Part shown: positions 59,787 through 64,000 of the stretch, piece by piece
Layout: every line of letters begins with the position of its first letter
Numbering within the stretch: the first letter of the stretch is position 1
Assembly: GCA_025558095.1 (NCBI GenBank)
Contig: JAIVFI010000034.1
Coordinates: 186,001 to 250,000 of the forward strand
Direction of reading: 5' to 3'
From: Hyaloraphidium curvatum SAG 235-1
Lineage: Eukaryota > Fungi > Monoblepharomycota
Length of the DNA stretch: 64,000 bases
Translations under genes and position numbers: made by a program
Notes under the pieces: generated by a model
What the model saw: only the letters and a program-made list of their open reading frames with translations
Told to the model about the DNA's origin: nothing
Databases searched by the model: none

Positions 59787-61279
59787 TCACCTGCTCGGGC
59801 AGATGGTCCCCATGGCGACAAACACCCCCAGCCCCCGCAGTATGCTCCACAGCCCCACGACCAGCGTCAACGCCGTGGCCGCCAGCGTCCTGATGACCCC
59901 GTAGTCCACCACGAACCCCAGCAGCCTCGCGCGGTACCTGTCCAGGTCGGCAAAGGTGGCCAGAAGCGCCGCGCGGGCATCGGCCGCGCCGAGGAGCTGC
60001 CGCGACGCTGCGGGGGGGAGCGAGGCGCGGTCGCGGAGGGTGCGGAGCTCCCGCACCGCGTCGAGGTACAGGTCGCGCAGCTCGGCGACGTTGCGGTTCT
60101 CGGCCGCCGTGGCGACGAGGTCGAACAGGCTGGTCATAGCCACGTAGCCGACGTAGACGAGGTAGAAGGAAGGGACGCACGAGCCCGCGCCGGCGTTGGC
60201 GGCGGCAAAGGCGGCGTAAGCGCCCACGGAAAGGTACAAATGCGTGGTGGCCGAGAACTGCCGGATGCCCCGGGCCCAGGCGGCGGTAAGGAGGTGGTGC
60301 AGCTCCTCGAAGGGCTCGGGACGGCCCGGTCCGGACGGTCGGGGAAGCAGCGCCGGGTCGTCGGCCTCGAGCGCGGCCCCGAAGCCCGAGAGCATCGCGG
60401 CGAGGGCGAGCTTCGCCGCCCGGAAACGCACCCGCTGGGTGACTTCCAGGAGCGGCACGTTGGTCGAAAAGCGCAGCGAATAGTTGAGCGAAACAGGGCG
60501 ACGCCCGCGATCCACTGCGCCAGCAGGAAGGCGCTCCAGGCGCTCGACCAGGCCCCCGGGGCGGTCGCGGCGCTCCAGACCACGCAGAGCATGAGGAACA
60601 GGTACATCGCGAGCTTGGCGGACAGCTCGGCGATGCGGAGTGCGGAAGAGCGCCATCGGCAGGGTCCGGCGCAGGTCCGTGCAGGGCACGGGCAGCGGTC
60701 GTCCCCTTCCCGGTGCCGCAGCAGCGGCGCGGCGCCGTTTTCGGCGGCCGACGCGTCCAGCAGCTGCTCCCAGCGAGCGAGGCCGGCGGCCCCGTGCGCC
60801 GAGTAGTCCTTGGCTGCCGCCGGAGACGCCTCCTTCCGTCCCGTTTGCGTGCCCGTCCGGAACGTGGCCCGGTACTTGGCAAACAGCTGGATCAGGACGA
60901 CCGACACGAACGTGCAGACCAGCTGGCCGACGGTGCCCACGACGAGCTGGGCCGTCCCGTACACCGACGCGCCCAAGACGATCGGCAGCGGCATGATGGC
61001 GCAGACGGAGAGGAAGAGCGCCGTGGCGCGGAGCAGCGCGCGGCTGTTGAACCCGTCGAGCGTGAGCTGCAGCCACGTCACCGCCCGCAGCCCGGGCGCG
61101 TTCTCGAGCGCGGCGAGGAAGGGGGCGCGGGACAGAGGCGACGACTCGCGGAGGGAACGCGCGCGGTCCGCCGGCACGGGCAGGCCGCACAGCGGCGCGG
61201 CCAGCGACGGCGGCTGCGGGAACATGGCGAGGAGCTCCTGCGGCGAGAACATCGCGTCGGGCTTTTCGGAGTCTTCCAT
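59787..61279 (-). CDS. 7-TM GR/DUF3537-like family, copy B (one apparent frameshift at ~60491-60493)
   Basis: FSPQELLAMFP, PLSRAPF, HREGDDRCPCPARTC, EPFEELH..W, GSCVP, AAEN..LY, LLGFVVDYGVIRTLAATALTLVVGLWSILRGLGV..ICP. The frame switches at CTG TTT CG with no intron available. Confidence 0.75.
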
Positions 61280-61366
61280 CGCGCGTGGGTGCCCGCGGGA
61301 GACAGTGGAATATTCCTGCGACGATTCTCCGCCCTGCAGCTGTCGCCACACCAACTCTCGACGGCA
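61280..61366. promoter_or_regulatory. Putative 87-bp bidirectional promoter between 7-TM copies B and C
   Basis: Divergent ATGs at 61279 (-) and 61367 (+). Both starts are supported by the conserved (F/G)xxEE..A.(F/L)P N-terminal motif shortly downstream. Confidence 0.55.
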
Positions 61367-62890
61367 ATGCGCGGAGGAGGGACAGAGGGCAGCGCTGCCG
61401 ACATCCTGGGTGCCGAGGAATGGCTCGCCCTCCTTCCGTCGGCGACATTCCCCGGGAAGGGGGTCTCAACTTCGGAGCCGCACGAGTTCATGGAGAGCGA
61501 CCCCGCGGCGGACGCCCGCAGCGAAATGCCGCTGACGAGGGCAGACTACGACGCGGCCTTCGCGGCTTCGTTGCCGCATCGTGCGACTCTCCTTCTGCAA
61601 CGCCGGTTGCCGCACACCAACGCGCATCTCTGGCCTCGCATGGCATACTACACCGTGCCCCACCTCGTGCTCGCGTTCGCCTCGATCGGGGACATGCTCT
61701 CCTCCGGGATGTTTGACGAGCGAGGGGTCGGCGTCGGCCTCGCCGCCCTCGCCATCGCCCACCTATTCCACGCCTTCCTGCTGCCGCCGATGGTCCAGGC
61801 GGCGCTGGCGGTGCAAGCGGACCTCGATCGCCATCCCTTCGCGCCCTACGTGCGGTGGACCAGACTGGCCAGGCTGGCCCAGGGCCGACCGGCCCCGACC
61901 GAGCTCGGCGCCGCGGAACTCGCGGGGATCGCGGACGGCTCCGGCGGCGTTTCCCTAATGGCACACGATGCCGACGATCCCCTCTGTCCCTGCCCCGCGC
62001 CGAGCTGCGGCGGGTCGGCGGTGGGCACGTCTGCGGTGTACCAGTCCGTCCTCTTCGTCTACGGAATTCTTCCGGGCCTGGTCAGCTGGACCGTCCTTGC
62101 CCAATGGACCTTTCTGGTGACACTGGCATCGGAAACCTGGACATCGTGGAAAGCGTTCTTCGCGGTCTGGACCATCCTCGCCAACCTCGCCGTATGGGTG
62201 TCGTTCGAAGTGTCGTCCACGGACGTCGCCCTCATCCGCCTCGAAAGCAAGCTCAAGCACCGAGCGCTCAAGGACGCCCTCGCGGCCTTTGTTGACCGCT
62301 GCTGCAATGCTACCCTTGCCGAGTCGGCGGACAACGAGGCCGCCGCCCCCATTTGCTGGCCCTCCCCCGAACCGTACATCACCCTCCACCTCGCCTTCGC
62401 CCCCTCGTGGCGGGCAAACAAAGGCATCACCGAAGCCGTCACCAGCCTGTTCCTCGGCCTCTTCCTCGGCATGGCCGTCCTCTCCCTCGTCCTGCTCATC
62501 GGCTCGGGCTGCATCCCGGCCTACATCCTCGCCGCCGCGGCCATCTACCTCGTCTCCCTCGTGCGCCACCTCGCTGACGCCGTCGCCGCCAACTCGGGCG
62601 TGTCTGCCGTCGCCAATCTGTACCGCCGTGCGCGGACCTCCCTCGCCGCGCTGCAGACCGCACATCCGTCCCACGCGGAGCTCCCCCGCCTGCTGGCGCA
62701 CGAGAAGCTGCTGGCGCGATACGAGGCCGCGGTGCAGGAGGACCTGGCGCGGGTGTTTGGGCTCGTCGTGGACTTCGGGCTGCTGAGGGGGCTCCTGGTG
62801 ACGGGGCTGACGGTGGGCGTGGGGCTGTTTGGGATCCTGCGGGGGGCCGGGGCCAGGGCGACGGTGCAGACAGTGTGCCCCGTCTATTGA
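61367..62890 (+). CDS. 7-TM GR/DUF3537-like family, copy C (intronless, ~507 aa)
   Basis: GAEEWLALLP, PLTRADY, HDADDPLCPCPAPSC, EPYITLH..W, GSGCIP, AAN..LYR, VFGLVVDFGLLRGLLVTGLTVGVGLFGILRGAG..VCP. Seven hydrophobic segments. Confidence 0.85.
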   Translation: MRGGGTEGSAADILGAEEWLALLPSATFPGKGVSTSEPHEFMESDPAADARSEMPLTRADYDAAFAASLPHRATLLLQRRLPHTNAHLWPRMAYYTVPHLVLAFASIGDMLSSGMFDERGVGVGLAALAIAHLFHAFLLPPMVQAALAVQADLDRHPFAPYVRWTRLARLAQGRPAPTELGAAELAGIADGSGGVSLMAHDADDPLCPCPAPSCGGSAVGTSAVYQSVLFVYGILPGLVSWTVLAQWTFLVTLASETWTSWKAFFAVWTILANLAVWVSFEVSSTDVALIRLESKLKHRALKDALAAFVDRCCNATLAESADNEAAAPICWPSPEPYITLHLAFAPSWRANKGITEAVTSLFLGLFLGMAVLSLVLLIGSGCIPAYILAAAAIYLVSLVRHLADAVAANSGVSAVANLYRRARTSLAALQTAHPSHAELPRLLAHEKLLARYEAAVQEDLARVFGLVVDFGLLRGLLVTGLTVGVGLFGILRGAGARATVQTVCPVY

Positions 62891-63383
62891 GGTGGCGTTG
62901 TAATGATTGGAATGAAGTCTGTCTGCTACTTCTGGTCTTTCGATCTGGCAGCAACAGGTCGGATACGCGCGTTATGGTTTCGAGACGGGCCCAGTCTCGT
63001 TGGTATTGCCACCTTGGGGAAGGAAACACCAATCGGCAAAACGGGGAACCGTTCCCTGGCCACGAGGGCGCAAGCAGTCCGAGCGGGGCTCCCCGGCCGT
63101 GCCGCGCCGGCCGGCCAGGTCCAAACAAGGCGCACCAGTCCCCGAAGAAACCGTCCGCCGGCGGACGCCGCACGTCCGCCGGTGCGCTGCCCGCTTGTGG
63201 CTCCGAGTCCCGTGTGCGGCGCCGCGGGTATCCAAGATCAGGTCTGTACAGGTCGCCTTCGCCGTTCGGGGCGAAGGGAAGGTCACGGCGCGCTGCCAGC
63301 CAGGCAGTCAGGCCCGCACGCCCCGTACCCTCGACACGCCGGATCCCGACGCGTCCATCGCATCGTCTCGCCCCCGGATCACC

Positions 63384-64000
63384 CTACCCATCGTACGTCT
63401 CCATCTCCGCCCCTCCCTCCGCGTATGCCCCCCCCTCCTCGGCCTCCTTGCCCAGCTCGAGCATCAAGGAAGCGCACACGTCCCCGTCGTCGTCCAGCGG
63501 CTCCCCGCTGCCCACCCTCCGCAGCGTCTGCACCTGGAACCTCAAATACGCGTCCAATTCGGCCTCCTCCTTGACGGCGGCCTGCATCGCGTCGGGGTCG
63601 GCCTGCTGCAGCGCCGACGCCGACGCCGCGCGGGCGAGGGAGAGCCGGGCGGCGGTGCGTTCGAGAGCCCTGCGCAGGGCGGCGGCGATCCACGCGCGGG
63701 AACCGTCGGGGGGTGCTTCCAAGGGCGGCGGCGGCGTCGGGTCGTGCGCGGTGCTGGGCGGCGACACGGGCGCCGAAGCCGGACGCGGGAGGAACCCCGG
63801 GAAAAAGTCCGCCGAGGGCGTGCGCGGCGGGTCCGAGCCGGATGGGGAGGGCAGCGGCGGCATGTTGGGGCGCACCGGGCGCGGGGACGCGCCGGGGAGG
63901 AGCTCGGGGGTGTTGCGGCGCTGGGAGGGCCCGCGGCGCATGGGGCCAGGGTTGGAGGCCATCCCGCGGTCTTTGGGAGGTGTCTGCCAGCTTGGAATTG
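63384..64000 (-). CDS. 3' part of an unknown protein (Pro-rich linker and helical C-terminus), running off the window
   Basis: The frame is open from the window end to the stop at 63384, with GC3-rich codons. No recognisable domain. Confidence 0.55.
   Translation of the reverse strand, partial: IPSWQTPPKDRGMASNPGPMRRGPSQRRNTPELLPGASPRPVRPNMPPLPSPSGSDPPRTPSADFFPGFLPRPASAPVSPPSTAHDPTPPPPLEAPPDGSRAWIAAALRRALERTAARLSLARAASASALQQADPDAMQAAVKEEAELDAYLRFQVQTLRRVGSGEPLDDDGDVCASLMLELGKEAEEGGAYAEGGAEMETYDG

Overview
Gene-dense, very GC-rich eukaryotic DNA. Genes are split by short (mostly ~45-90 nt) GT..AG introns, many with a (G)CTGAC/CTAAC branch point. Style and gene content suggest an early-diverging zoosporic-lineage fungus, possibly Monoblepharidomycetes such as Hyaloraphidium; this is inference, not a database result. 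I can support about 29 protein-coding loci and see no rRNA, tRNA, CRISPR array or transposon. Most long six-frame ORFs are GC shadow frames, so genes were rebuilt by joining exons by eye. Main findings: (1) four dispersed paralogues of a 7-TM family whose architecture and TM7 motif resemble the insect gustatory/odorant-receptor and plant DUF3537 (7TMIC) ion-channel superfamily. The three full-length copies carry a conserved H-x6-C-x-C-P-x3-C motif; two copies sit head-to-head 87 bp apart, one is frameshifted and one is truncated. (2) A giant secreted protein combining a Stig-cyclase (HpiC1)-like domain, two bacterial-type P-domains, a 13-aa Ser/Thr repeat and a long beta-rich region with a helical end. 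(3) Other bacterial-like surface or glycan genes: a six-SdrD-B-repeat protein and an intronless bacterial-type GT4 with a signal anchor. Family assignments come from motif recall, not searches. Some starts and exon boundaries are approximate.
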